Both the position numbers and the translations under genes were made by a program. Shown in pieces: positions 20,554-29,391 of a DNA stretch of 64,000 nt. The notes beneath the pieces were generated by a model that was not told where the DNA came from, searched no databases, and saw nothing but the letters and a program-made list of their open reading frames with translations. This DNA is from Candidatus Chisholmbacteria bacterium RIFCSPHIGHO2_01_FULL_52_32 (lineage in GTDB: Bacteria > Patescibacteriota > Microgenomatia > UBA1400 > Chisholmbacteraceae): assembly GCA_001816585.1 (NCBI GenBank), contig MHCJ01000003.1:650681-714680 (forward strand), in the 5' to 3' direction. Positions within the stretch are counted from its first letter, which is position 1. Each line of letters opens with the position of its first letter.

Positions 20554-20735
20554 GGTAGGTATGATCTTTTTATACCGATAAAAAACTGCCCTTTCGGACA
20601 GTTGGTATATTCTACCACTTCACTTGATAATCGGATGCCTTTTTAAGCTTTCCCTTATATACCATATCGTAACTTGACAGCAGCTACCCATTTCTGCCTA
20701 CAATTGAAAGAGTAAAACATTTCTGAAGAGGGGGG

Positions 20736-21434
20736 GTGATAGTAATGGCGAAAAATGCAGGAATTTTCGATGATACCAAGAAACTTGTCATAGTCTTGGT
20801 ATTGCTGCTCTCCCTTCCTGTGGCACTGAGTCTTGTCAAATCACGCTCAAACATCATTTCCCAGGCAAGACCGGATGCTGTTACAGGGAGTGGTGCACCG
20901 AACGGTCCGCACTATAACCTGAACATCATCGGAGTCCCAAAGCAAAAATCTGCGGACATGACCGGAAGCGAGGGCCATCGCATTTTTGTCTCATTGGTCG
21001 GCAAAACCAAGATAAACTTGACTGAAGGAGAGGACTACCAGGTGCTCGATGCCAACGGAACAGATGGAACGGCAGCATTTCAATTACCCAATCCCGACCC
21101 TGACAACGACGGCATAACGGAATATTCGGTTTGGGCCAGACCCTTGGGGAAGCCTGGAGGAAAATCATCCACAACCACCTGTGCAGTTGATGAATTGGGT
21201 CAGGAATGGTGTTCCGTCTATACGCTCGTTCTCGTCCGCGAGGCAGGCAACAGTAAATTCACCGATGTCTCAAAGCAGTTGCTCTATATATATGTTGACC
21301 TGAATGGAGACGGGGCGGTCGAGCGTTATCCGCTCTTTGACGATGCGCTCCAGGGTTACTTTTGGAACTATGATAACCAAGGAATGAAGCTGGTGCAATT
21401 GAGGTTCTATCAAGTGATCTCAAACGTCAACTGA
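20736..21434 (+). CDS. hypothetical exported protein
   Basis: SD GAGGGGG, TM, GAPNGPHYNLNIIGVPK, DxDxDG-like loops. Confidence 0.78.
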   Translation: MIVMAKNAGIFDDTKKLVIVLVLLLSLPVALSLVKSRSNIISQARPDAVTGSGAPNGPHYNLNIIGVPKQKSADMTGSEGHRIFVSLVGKTKINLTEGEDYQVLDANGTDGTAAFQLPNPDPDNDGITEYSVWARPLGKPGGKSSTTTCAVDELGQEWCSVYTLVLVREAGNSKFTDVSKQLLYIYVDLNGDGAVERYPLFDDALQGYFWNYDNQGMKLVQLRFYQVISNVN

Positions 21435-21558
21435 CATTTCGTCAAGGCGATATCCTGTCCGGTGTGGGATTCACTCTGCTTTTCGGAGCAGGGAAAGTGT
21501 TGTGTTGGTGGAAAGTAAGAGAGGTTAAGGAAACATTACTCACGGAGTGTTTTGAGCA

Positions 21559-22020
21559 TCAACGCGAGATCGCCCCACCCGCGTAGAAGAAGAAGTACAC
21601 TTCTTTTCCGCTCTTATAGATTTTTTCCGATCCGGACATTTCATCTATTGATCCCGGAGAATCCGGAATACACTCGTAGCTGTAATTCTCAAGTACCCAC
21701 TCAACCTTTTTCCATATTCTTGTTGTATTCCAGTTCTCAAGAAGAGCCTTCCGGAGGACTCGATCAATTTCTTTCTCGGTCAATTTCCGGAAATTCCCAT
21801 AGTAGCTCATCGACCATACCGGATGATCGCGGAAATACACAGTTTCAAGGCCCATGAAGATCCCCCGACCGGTGTAATAGATATCCCGATACAGCCAATC
21901 ATGGTTCCTATACTCGAGTTGGGTTAAGCCGGAAAATACCGGTTTGACTTGCCCTCCCGCCCCTGCATAGGTCTTGGTTCTCGCTTGAAGGAGAAAGTCC
22001 GTGAGTTTCGTCTTCTTCAT
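21559..22020 (-). CDS. DUF5680-like protein
   Basis: FLLQARTKTYAG..YRDIYY..FMGLETV..PVWSMSYYG. Confidence 0.75.
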   Translation of the reverse strand: MKKTKLTDFLLQARTKTYAGAGGQVKPVFSGLTQLEYRNHDWLYRDIYYTGRGIFMGLETVYFRDHPVWSMSYYGNFRKLTEKEIDRVLRKALLENWNTTRIWKKVEWVLENYSYECIPDSPGSIDEMSGSEKIYKSGKEVYFFFYAGGAISR

Positions 22021-22114
22021 AAGCTCACAAAGTATCCCAACTCAAATCTGGCGGAAGTATAGCAAATATGGAGAGGCAATAGCGTCGAGTAGCCGGTCTC
22101 TTCACGAAAAGAAA

Positions 22115-22378
22115 TTATTTATAGAGCTGACTGTGAGTACCGAGCGCATCAAAAAAGATAAGATTCTGTTGTGGGAATTCTCGGAAAATAGCCCGCCAGT
22201 CACCTGTGATGTTGATGCTCCGGTATCCTCTAAGCCTTCCGCTCAATTCATGATTGTGGAGAATCGGATCATTCGGTTCTTTCTCGAAGCGTTTGAGTCT
22301 GGTATCAAATGCGTCCTGAATTGCTTTTGGAGTTTTATCGTACTGCTTTCGGAATTGCCGACTGAACCGTACCTGCAT
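22115..22378 (-). CDS. YafQ/RelE family mRNA interferase toxin
   Basis: HELSGRLRGYRSINITGDWRAI..GTHSQLY. Confidence 0.92.
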   Translation of the reverse strand: MQVRFSRQFRKQYDKTPKAIQDAFDTRLKRFEKEPNDPILHNHELSGRLRGYRSINITGDWRAIFREFPQQNLIFFDALGTHSQLYK

Positions 22379-22661
22379 CGAACCTATTCTTCCTCTTTAG
22401 CCAGGTAATAGCTTCTTTTGCAGTTTTAAATCTTGGAGAAACCCGACCGGCTTGCCTATTTTTCTCAGATGCTTCAAGCACGCGCAGGAGATACTCGCTG
22501 GGCTCTTCTTTTAGCGTAAAATGCACAGACTTGGAGCGCACCAGATCTCTAAGGTAGGCATTGATCAAGGAACTCAAGCTGAAGCCCAACTGCGAAGCCA
22601 CTCGCTGAGCCATGGTCTTCATTTTGATATCGGTTTTGATGTTGATTACAGCGGTATTCAT
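22335..22661 (-). CDS. RelB/DinJ family antitoxin
   Basis: VINIKTD..AQRVASQLGFSLSSLINAYLR; TTGACA-N17-TATACT promoter at 22700-22672. Confidence 0.88.
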   Translation of the reverse strand: MNTAVINIKTDIKMKTMAQRVASQLGFSLSSLINAYLRDLVRSKSVHFTLKEEPSEYLLRVLEASEKNRQAGRVSPRFKTAKEAITWLKRKNRFDAGTVQSAIPKAVR

Positions 22662-23091
22662 ATATGTACGTAGTATATACATTATATACACTATTGTCAA
22701 TACCTTAATCTGGGGAAGTATAGCAAATCTTGAGAGATCTCCGGTTCGGAGAATGCGCCGAGAGGTCGGACCTCTATACAACAGGACGAGTGACAAGGTC
22801 ACACGCATATGCGTGTTCGGTGGTCAGCATTAGTCGCAGCTCAGAACTGTATACACTATATTTTCAAACTTATTTCAATGAATCGATTCATTGAAATTGT
22901 ACGGAATACTATTCGTTGCAGGTCGGAGCTGTAAGGAAAAATGAGGGTAAAAAATCCCGAGGTGTCCCCAGTGGAGTAGAAGCCTCCACGGGGCAAGCTT
23001 GAGAATTGCACCTCCCAGGTGTAATACAATCCTGAGTTGGAAGAGTGGAAGAAGAGTCATCAGATATGATATTGTGATGTTAACGTAACAT

Positions 23092-23439
23092 ATGAAAGAC
23101 GAGTGGATTTCATATACGGCTGGGGTTACTCAGTTTCTCTTTTCTGTGTATTACTTTTTCACTGCATTTCGTATTTCGGCAATCTATCAGAATTTGAATG
23201 TTCCACAACCAAATCCGGTGTTTCAGAACCTGCCAGCCATTCTGTTTCTTTTCTTCGCGATAGCAAACCTCTATTACGGGTATGCTCGAAAAACAGTAAC
23301 TAAAAAGGGGAAACAGATTCGGTATTCTTCCATAATTAGTATCATACTTATGATACTTCCATTCGCTGTAATGTATTTCTTCGCTTATTTTTCTTCAATG
23401 AATGTATTGAAATCTATTCAGGAAATGGGCGTCTATTAA
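23092..23439 (+). CDS. small hypothetical membrane protein (3 TM)
   Basis: AT-rich ORF between repeat clusters. Confidence 0.72.
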   Translation: MKDEWISYTAGVTQFLFSVYYFFTAFRISAIYQNLNVPQPNPVFQNLPAILFLFFAIANLYYGYARKTVTKKGKQIRYSSIISIILMILPFAVMYFFAYFSSMNVLKSIQEMGVY

Positions 23440-23736
23440 CTCCTTCAATTTTTTTTATAATCCTATTCTTCGGGCAGAATCATGCCAGCTTTGGAAATGG
23501 AGTGGCTTGAGAATTGCACCTCCCAGGTGGAAGACTAACCAACTGGTACGCGATCGCGTGGGAGGTGGTCAGAATTGGTTACAGGTCGCTCCTGCAAGAA
23601 AAGCAGATGTGGAGAGGAAGAAATAAAAAGCCGATTTCCCGATGTGTCTTGAGGTAACCACTCCCGGTGTGGAATCTCCCGTAGCTGCAAGAAATTAAAG
23701 CCTTTAAGGATAAAATCTTGAGGTGTCTTGATTAAA

Positions 23737-24069
23737 TCACCTCCGGGGGTGATTATACTGAGCCATGCGTTGCTGAAGAAGAGTTATTATACGTATCCCG
23801 ATCATAAAAACAACATACCAAATAACTAGATTCAACAAAAGATTTACAAAAGTAAATTTCAGTTCACATTGAGGAAGAAAATCGATATTCGGATGTTGCT
23901 GGACAAATTCATCTACTTCTCTTGAATATTTACATTCGTAACTAAGAAACTTCGGAGCTCCAACTTCTCCCACAAGATAGTAGAATTCGATTACATGGAT
24001 GGCAAGAAATATGACAAGAAATAGAAGCAGTTCGCGCTTGGTAGGTTTCAAGAATGCAATTGAGAGCAT
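23737..24069 (-). CDS. small hypothetical membrane protein (2 TM)
   Basis: AT-rich ORF; stop codon lies in a family C repeat. Confidence 0.72.
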   Translation of the reverse strand: MLSIAFLKPTKRELLLFLVIFLAIHVIEFYYLVGEVGAPKFLSYECKYSREVDEFVQQHPNIDFLPQCELKFTFVNLLLNLVIWYVVFMIGIRIITLLQQRMAQYNHPRR

Positions 24070-24844
24070 AGCTGCCTGTCAAAAGATTTCCTCTATTCCC
24101 ACTGATAATATCACTTATACCACCTCCGCGGTGTTCAACACCAGGTTGGTCAACATTTTCGTTAACCTCGACATTCTCAAATTCTTAAGAAATTGAGAAT
24201 AAAGAAGAAAGATAAACTTGGGAGACTGACAAGGTCACACGCATAGGCGTGTCCGGTGGTCAGCTTTAGTCGCAGCTCAGAACTGTATACACTATATTTT
24301 CAAACTTATTTCAATGAATCGATTCATTGAAATTGTACGGAATACTATTCGTTGCAGGTCGGACCTCTTCACGACAGCATAATGACAAGCAGACATGCGA
24401 TCGCGTGTTTGGTGGTCAGATGGGCAGATGAGATGAGTTTAGTGGGTTGCAGGTCGCGGCGACAAGAAATTGAAGCGTTCAAGGATAAAATACCGAGGTG
24501 GCTTGGCTTGGATTACTCCCGGAGTTGTTCAGGTACTCAAGCTTTACCATTAGAATCCCGGTGTGGATCAACACGCTTTTCACTGAAAGCGCTTCCTTTT
24601 GACTCTCACCGGAGGCTTTGATAGACTTACTCAACAAATGAAGGAATCGAGAATGATGGGGAGAGAATTGGCTCGTTGATCCATCTAGCAACCGAGTCAG
24701 ACGGCATGTCAGACCGCGGTGCTCCACCCAACCCTGTATAGAGGGAAGGATTAGTCCAAACCTGCAATCAGCCGGGCGGAAAAATGGTTTACACCTCTTC
24801 TCTCACAGAAGAGGTTTTTTTTATGAAACAGAGGTGAAAAGAAG

Positions 24845-25861
24845 ATGAGTGAACAATTGAGAAGAACCGAGGGAAAATCAGACGAAGAAGGTTCTCCGAA
24901 ATACTACTGTGTCTTAGAGCTTGATCAGGAGAGTCCGCCACCGGAATCACTGGTGATTGGAAAAAGGGGGACACACGGTGAGGTATGGACTCCTGATATT
25001 GACTTACCCGGTCATTTAGGCCTCTTTAAAAGCACCATTGCAAAGAAGCAAATGGATATCAATTCTCTGAACAAAACAATAACATTGGGTGAGGAGGCCT
25101 TTGAAAGCACATATCATAACGGAAGACTGCTTGAGAGAGGAGAGCTGGTGCCGCTTCTGGACGGTGATATGGTGAACATCGGTGATATCCAACTTTTTAT
25201 TCACTTTGTTCCCTCAACCGGCACGGGCAAACCATTTTATCTCTACACAATATGTGATCGTATTCCTCTGTATAGCAAAAAGTCCGATATGCCGAAAACG
25301 CCCTGGAATCCGGAGGGGTATTCTCCACAGGAGACCATGGTTGTTGAACAACTTCAGAAAGAAGTACCGGTATGGCTGGTAAAAGAGGCGCAAAAAGATG
25401 CACGGACATGGGATCTGAAAGATATTGAACTGCTTACAAAATATCTAGAAGCAGAGAGACTCGAGCGGGAAACGGAATCCAAGCGAAATCCTTCAGATCT
25501 CCCTACCGGAGGTCTGGAACGGCACCGGCAGTTAATGGCAAAAATTGATGAACAACACCAAGAACAAAAAAAAGCATGGCTTACACATCAAATGGAGCGC
25601 AAACCCGTCTACTCGCCAACCAAAGAGGAAGGGATTTTTGCCGGAATATTCGGCTTTCTCGTGTCTGCTTGGTCGGCACGTGAATTTCCGTATTACCAAA
25701 CACCAAGTGGAGTTTATTTTTTTGAATGGACAGATGACGAGGGGAAAAATAAAAAAGTGATACAGCTTGATCTTGATGACATGATTGAAGCGGATAGTGT
25801 TCTATTCTTCTCCGCAGAATCCTGGTTAGAGCATGAACCGATAGACTTAAGAAAGCGGTAA
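24845..25861 (+). CDS. hypothetical protein with degenerate N-terminal FHA-like domain
   Basis: SD GAGGTG; VIGKRG..DIDL..STYHNGRLL..LLDGDMVNIGD. Confidence 0.7.
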   Translation: MSEQLRRTEGKSDEEGSPKYYCVLELDQESPPPESLVIGKRGTHGEVWTPDIDLPGHLGLFKSTIAKKQMDINSLNKTITLGEEAFESTYHNGRLLERGELVPLLDGDMVNIGDIQLFIHFVPSTGTGKPFYLYTICDRIPLYSKKSDMPKTPWNPEGYSPQETMVVEQLQKEVPVWLVKEAQKDARTWDLKDIELLTKYLEAERLERETESKRNPSDLPTGGLERHRQLMAKIDEQHQEQKKAWLTHQMERKPVYSPTKEEGIFAGIFGFLVSAWSAREFPYYQTPSGVYFFEWTDDEGKNKKVIQLDLDDMIEADSVLFFSAESWLEHEPIDLRKR

Positions 25862-25983
25862 TAATCTCCCGGACTGTTCCCCAGCCGAATCTTAAGAAAG
25901 GGTAACGGGTTGCAGGGCGTACCTGCATGAAGGATCGGAAAGACTCCGCGAGATTGGTTCGCTTCGGGAAGGAAAGAAGAAGA

Positions 25984-26238
25984 TTAGTTCTTATCCGTAA
26001 CTCCGGCGTTCTGGTCAAGTCGGTCGATTGTCTCCAGACACTTGGTTGAGAATTCGGCCAAACTGGTGATCAATTTTCTATTAGCTTTCGTATAGCCGCT
26101 TGAAGGATCGGAGAGCCGAGGCCACTCTTTCTTCAAGTTTTTTTGATAACTCAAAAGCATCTTTTTTAATTTTCGCCGCTCCTTTGGAGTCCGAAGGATA
26201 TATTCAAGTCGGTTCTTCAACTTATTATCTACCCTCAC
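25984..26238 (-). CDS. hypothetical protein
   Basis: 84-aa basic ORF just downstream of a TGGTATACT extended -10. Confidence 0.6.
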   Translation of the reverse strand: MRVDNKLKNRLEYILRTPKERRKLKKMLLSYQKNLKKEWPRLSDPSSGYTKANRKLITSLAEFSTKCLETIDRLDQNAGVTDKN

Positions 26239-26408
26239 AGTTTGCAGTATACCAGATCTGGAGAGGCCTTCGGCTTAGACCTTCGGTTCGGCAACCTCTG
26301 GTTCTGAGAAGAGCCTCTGGCTCGGAGAGGAATGGCGTTGAGAGGTCGGGACTCTTGATAACAGAACGAGTGACAAGGTTGCACGTATATGCGTGTGCGG
26401 TGGTCAGG

Positions 26409-27008
26409 TTACAGATGGAAGTATTCTTTGTATGCGTCTTCGTTTTCCAAGTACCCTATCGTCAGTAGCGTGACATTTTCGCCAATACCATAGAGTTCAC
26501 GGATAAAGTCAATTGCTTCGTTACACGGATAGGGAAAAAGATAGACGCTCTTCTGGAGTTGTAAAAATCCAAGTCGTTTTAAGGTGTCTCGCATGGCGTC
26601 TCTGGCTCGATTTTTTCCTTTTGGCACATCGTAGGAAACGATCCGCCATCTTTTATCCCAGGAAGATGGTGTCGGTATTGTCAGATCGCTAATCTTGTAT
26701 TGAAGGAGTCTTTTCCTGCCTTTTTCCGTAATTTGAACCGCATATCTTTCCCCGATCCTATATATCCTGATTAGCTTCTTTTTCCGCATCTCTAAGAGTC
26801 GTCGGCGCAATCGCCGCTGATCAAACTGCTCCCATTCCTCTTCTTCAGGATACTCCTGTTTTTCAAAGCGATACCCCCGTAACAGTATCGGCAGACCGGG
26901 CATGATAAGGCTCCCGGCAATGAACGCACCAATCCCTGCAATCATGAGGATCTGTTTTGCGACCGGATAGGTTTTGCTGATCTTTTTCTTGCCCTTCTTC
27001 TCCGACAT
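26409..27008 (-). CDS. PaaX-like protein (wHTH plus Cas2/VapD-like domain)
   Basis: ITEKGRKRL wing, WDKRWRIVSYDVP..R..LKRLGFLQLQKSVY. Confidence 0.88.
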   Translation of the reverse strand: MSEKKGKKKISKTYPVAKQILMIAGIGAFIAGSLIMPGLPILLRGYRFEKQEYPEEEEWEQFDQRRLRRRLLEMRKKKLIRIYRIGERYAVQITEKGRKRLLQYKISDLTIPTPSSWDKRWRIVSYDVPKGKNRARDAMRDTLKRLGFLQLQKSVYLFPYPCNEAIDFIRELYGIGENVTLLTIGYLENEDAYKEYFHL

Positions 27009-27421
27009 GCTTTGTGTCCTGGTTTTGTCCACTGTAGCTTAATATTTGAAGAGTGACAAGGTTACACGCATATGCGTGTCCGGTGGTCAGTAGTTCATGG
27101 CGGGGGGAAAATGCGTTGGGCAGGAAAATGGAGTGACAAGCGGGCACGCATATGCGTGTGCGGTGGTCAGTGAAAGTCAGGTTAGGTGGGCAAATGAGGT
27201 GGGGTTGCAGGGTGTACCTGCAAGAAATTAAAGTCTTCAAGGATAAAATGCCTGGGTGGCTTGGCTACCCGTCCGTCCTTCCCTCGTAGCATCAGCGGAG
27301 CGACTCGTCAGGCGGATCCCATCGAACGGTAGGTCGAGAGTAAATCGCTCCGGAATGGAGAAGTAATGTGATAAACTACCAGGCATTATTCTGGATTAAA
27401 ATATCCTGAGAGAAATCTTGT

Positions 27422-27949
27422 ATGAGCCAAGAAGACGGTGTCTTGCTCAGTGGGCAGTATCCGGAGAGGCGTTTGGAGGATGGCAGAGTCATTCCCAGCT
27501 GGCTGGTGGTACTGTACTGGAAGGATCGATTTTTAGGATAGGGAACATCCGGGAAAAGACCACACGTCTACAACATTGATCCCTCAGACTTTCACAAGAG
27601 CCTAAGTTTTGAGTGGGGACCATACAGTTCGATTGCAGCCTCCGCTCATATGCACTTGGCCAAAGAATATGGTTCGGACTTAGGACCTACGGTGACTCCC
27701 CAAGAAATAATCAAAGGTAATACATTAGGTGATAACGGCGAAGAACTGGAATTGGATCAGATCCTGGAAAAGTTCGCTCTGCAAGGAATGGATCCGGAGA
27801 CCGACTCGCACTTTGGTTTTATTACAATGGCGAGGCCATCAACTGAGGAAGAACTACAGCGTAAGAATGAATGGATACAGGAAAGGTTTGAGGAGAGTAT
27901 CGAGAGACAGAAGCGGATCTGCGAAGAAGCCGGTTTTCCTTTCGATTAG
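27422..27949 (+). pseudogene. hypothetical gene interrupted by a single in-frame TAG (27539-27541)
   Basis: ATG 27422 is in frame with ORF 27650..27949; only one internal stop. Confidence 0.65.
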
Positions 27950-28443
27950 CTGATACAAAGAATGCCCCCTTTGGACGCTCGACATCTTCGAAGAGAACTC
28001 GAAGCGATATTTGCTTAACGCTTATCAGAAGTCGGGATGTCTCATTATTGGATAATTGACAAGGTCGCACGCATATGCGTGTTTGGTGGTCAGGTGGTCA
28101 TGGCGGAGGGAAATGAGGCGGGCAGGAAAATGAGGTGACATACAGACACGCGATCGCGTGGGCGGTGGTCAGAATTGGTTACAGGCCGGATCTATAAGGA
28201 AAAAACCACTCACGAGGTTAAAAACTCCCTAGGTGGCTTGAGAATTGCACCTCCCAGGTGGAAGACTAGTGACAAACAGACACGCGATCGCGTGTTTGGT
28301 GGTCAGTGTGAGTCAGATTAGGTGGGCAGTTGAGGTAGGGTTGCAGGGCGTAGCTGCAAGAAAAGCCGCCACCTGCCGATAAAAGCAGTTTTTTCCAAAA
28401 ACTGCTATCGCGGGCAGGTTTGAGTAAATCACCTCCGGGGTGG

Positions 28444-28662
28444 TTAAATACTTGTCTTGATTTTTCCGTGAAGCTTTCTATCGGTTTCGGTATTGATCAC
28501 TGCTGCCAACTCTGCTTCATCCTGGTATTTTTCCGGTGTAACGGAAAACCAGCAGTTATCATCACCAGGCTTATAGTTCACTCTCAATTCGTGTTCATCA
28601 GCACCCTCGATATCCAATGCGATACTCTGATCTACCAATGCTCTGACCTTTTTGAAGTCCAT
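28444..28662 (-). CDS. small hypothetical protein
   Basis: SD AAGGCGGTG before MDFKKV. Confidence 0.65.
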   Translation of the reverse strand: MDFKKVRALVDQSIALDIEGADEHELRVNYKPGDDNCWFSVTPEKYQDEAELAAVINTETDRKLHGKIKTSI

Positions 28663-28709
28663 ATTTTCACCGCCTTTCAAGGATCGAACGTTGATAATTG
28701 TAAGATATT

Positions 28710-28925
28710 CTATTCGAACCGATTCCCTCTCGCTTCGGTATCCTCTCCTTCATCCTGAATGCCAGTATCAAGTCCAATGAATCTATTGTTAAAGAACTTG
28801 TTACCTTTTCCTCTGTTCAGAATCCCGATGCGTTTCGTTCTTTCGATCGGATTTTCGCTCGGATTCGATCGCCCAACATTGACATGTAAATGTGGTTCGA
28901 CTTTGACATTATTGATGTCGCCCAT
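28710..28925 (-). CDS. small hypothetical protein
   Basis: Strong SD AGGAGGTG. Confidence 0.65.
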   Translation of the reverse strand: MGDINNVKVEPHLHVNVGRSNPSENPIERTKRIGILNRGKGNKFFNNRFIGLDTGIQDEGEDTEARGNRFE

Positions 28926-28940
28926 GATCCACCTCCTTCC

Positions 28941-29171
28941 TTAAAGTGTGGTTGTCGTCGATGAATTGTAAATGCTGGTTCCAGATGCGGTGGTAGTTGT
29001 CAAAGTAAAAACATCCCATCGTTCAACTGTTCGCTGTGGTTCAGCCGGAAGGTCATGATGTACACGACAATAGCCTTTTGTGCAGGCAAGATACGGTGAT
29101 GCCAAGCTGGCGCAAATGCAGATGGCAAACCCAGCCTTCTTAGCGTAATCAAGCCATTCAATGTCGTTCAT
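28941..29171 (-). CDS. small Cys-containing hypothetical protein with Thr-rich tail
   Basis: SD AGGAG, hydrophobic N-terminal segment. Confidence 0.6.
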   Translation of the reverse strand: MNDIEWLDYAKKAGFAICICASLASPYLACTKGYCRVHHDLPAEPQRTVERWDVFTLTTTTASGTSIYNSSTTTTL

Positions 29172-29177
29172 GTTGCC

Positions 29178-29318
29178 CTATCTCCTATGTTTCCGTCCGT
29201 GCTTCTGACTGAGAGCACTTCCGGCAACGGATTTGGTCCTTCGAGTAGTACGCCTGCTCCTCAAAAGTGAGGATGCTTTTCGAGCTACCCTCCTACTGGT
29301 TACCTTTGGATGCGCCAT
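29178..29318 (-). CDS. 46-aa very basic peptide (not in ORF track)
   Basis: SD GGGAGG; MAHPKVTSRRVARKASSLLRSRRTTRRTKSVAGSALSQKHGRKHRR. Confidence 0.7.
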   Translation of the reverse strand: MAHPKVTSRRVARKASSLLRSRRTTRRTKSVAGSALSQKHGRKHRR

Positions 29319-29337
29319 GGTTGTTCGCCTCCCTTCA

Positions 29338-29391
29338 TTAGCACTCGATAATATTGACTGACAATATAGAACGAAAAAAAATGCTTGTAAA
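29338..29391 (-). promoter_or_regulatory. promoter plus CIRCE-like element
   Basis: Minus TTTACA-N17-TATATT (29391-29363); plus strand TTAGCACTC-N9-GACTGACAA (29338-29364). Confidence 0.6.

Larger units (their letters stand above)
22791..28305 (+). repeat. family A: ten dispersed, co-oriented 36-bp imperfect palindromes TGACAA-N5-CACGC(ATAT|GATC)GCGTG-N3-GGTGGTCA
   Basis: Copies at 22791-22826, 23536-23571, 24227-24262, 24383-24418, 26371-26406, 27054-27089, 27134-27169, 28057-28092, 28136-28171, 28270-28305. Confidence 0.95.
22761..28359 (+). repeat. family B: short palindromes TTGCAGG-N5-CCTGCAA / AGAGGTCGGACCTCT
   Basis: Copies near 22761, 22916, 23579, 24352, 24447, 25910, 26341, 27205, 28179, 28341; inverted-orientation copies near 36685 and 36782. 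Confidence 0.85.

Noticed and set aside
27539-27541. Stop-codon reassignment
   Set aside because: TAG and TGA both terminate well-supported genes in this window
22791-28305. CRISPR array (36-bp repeats beside a Cas2-like gene)
   Set aside because: Spacing is irregular (43 bp to about 2 kb), the two short spacers are homologous to each other, the repeats are degenerate, and there is no cas1 or effector gene
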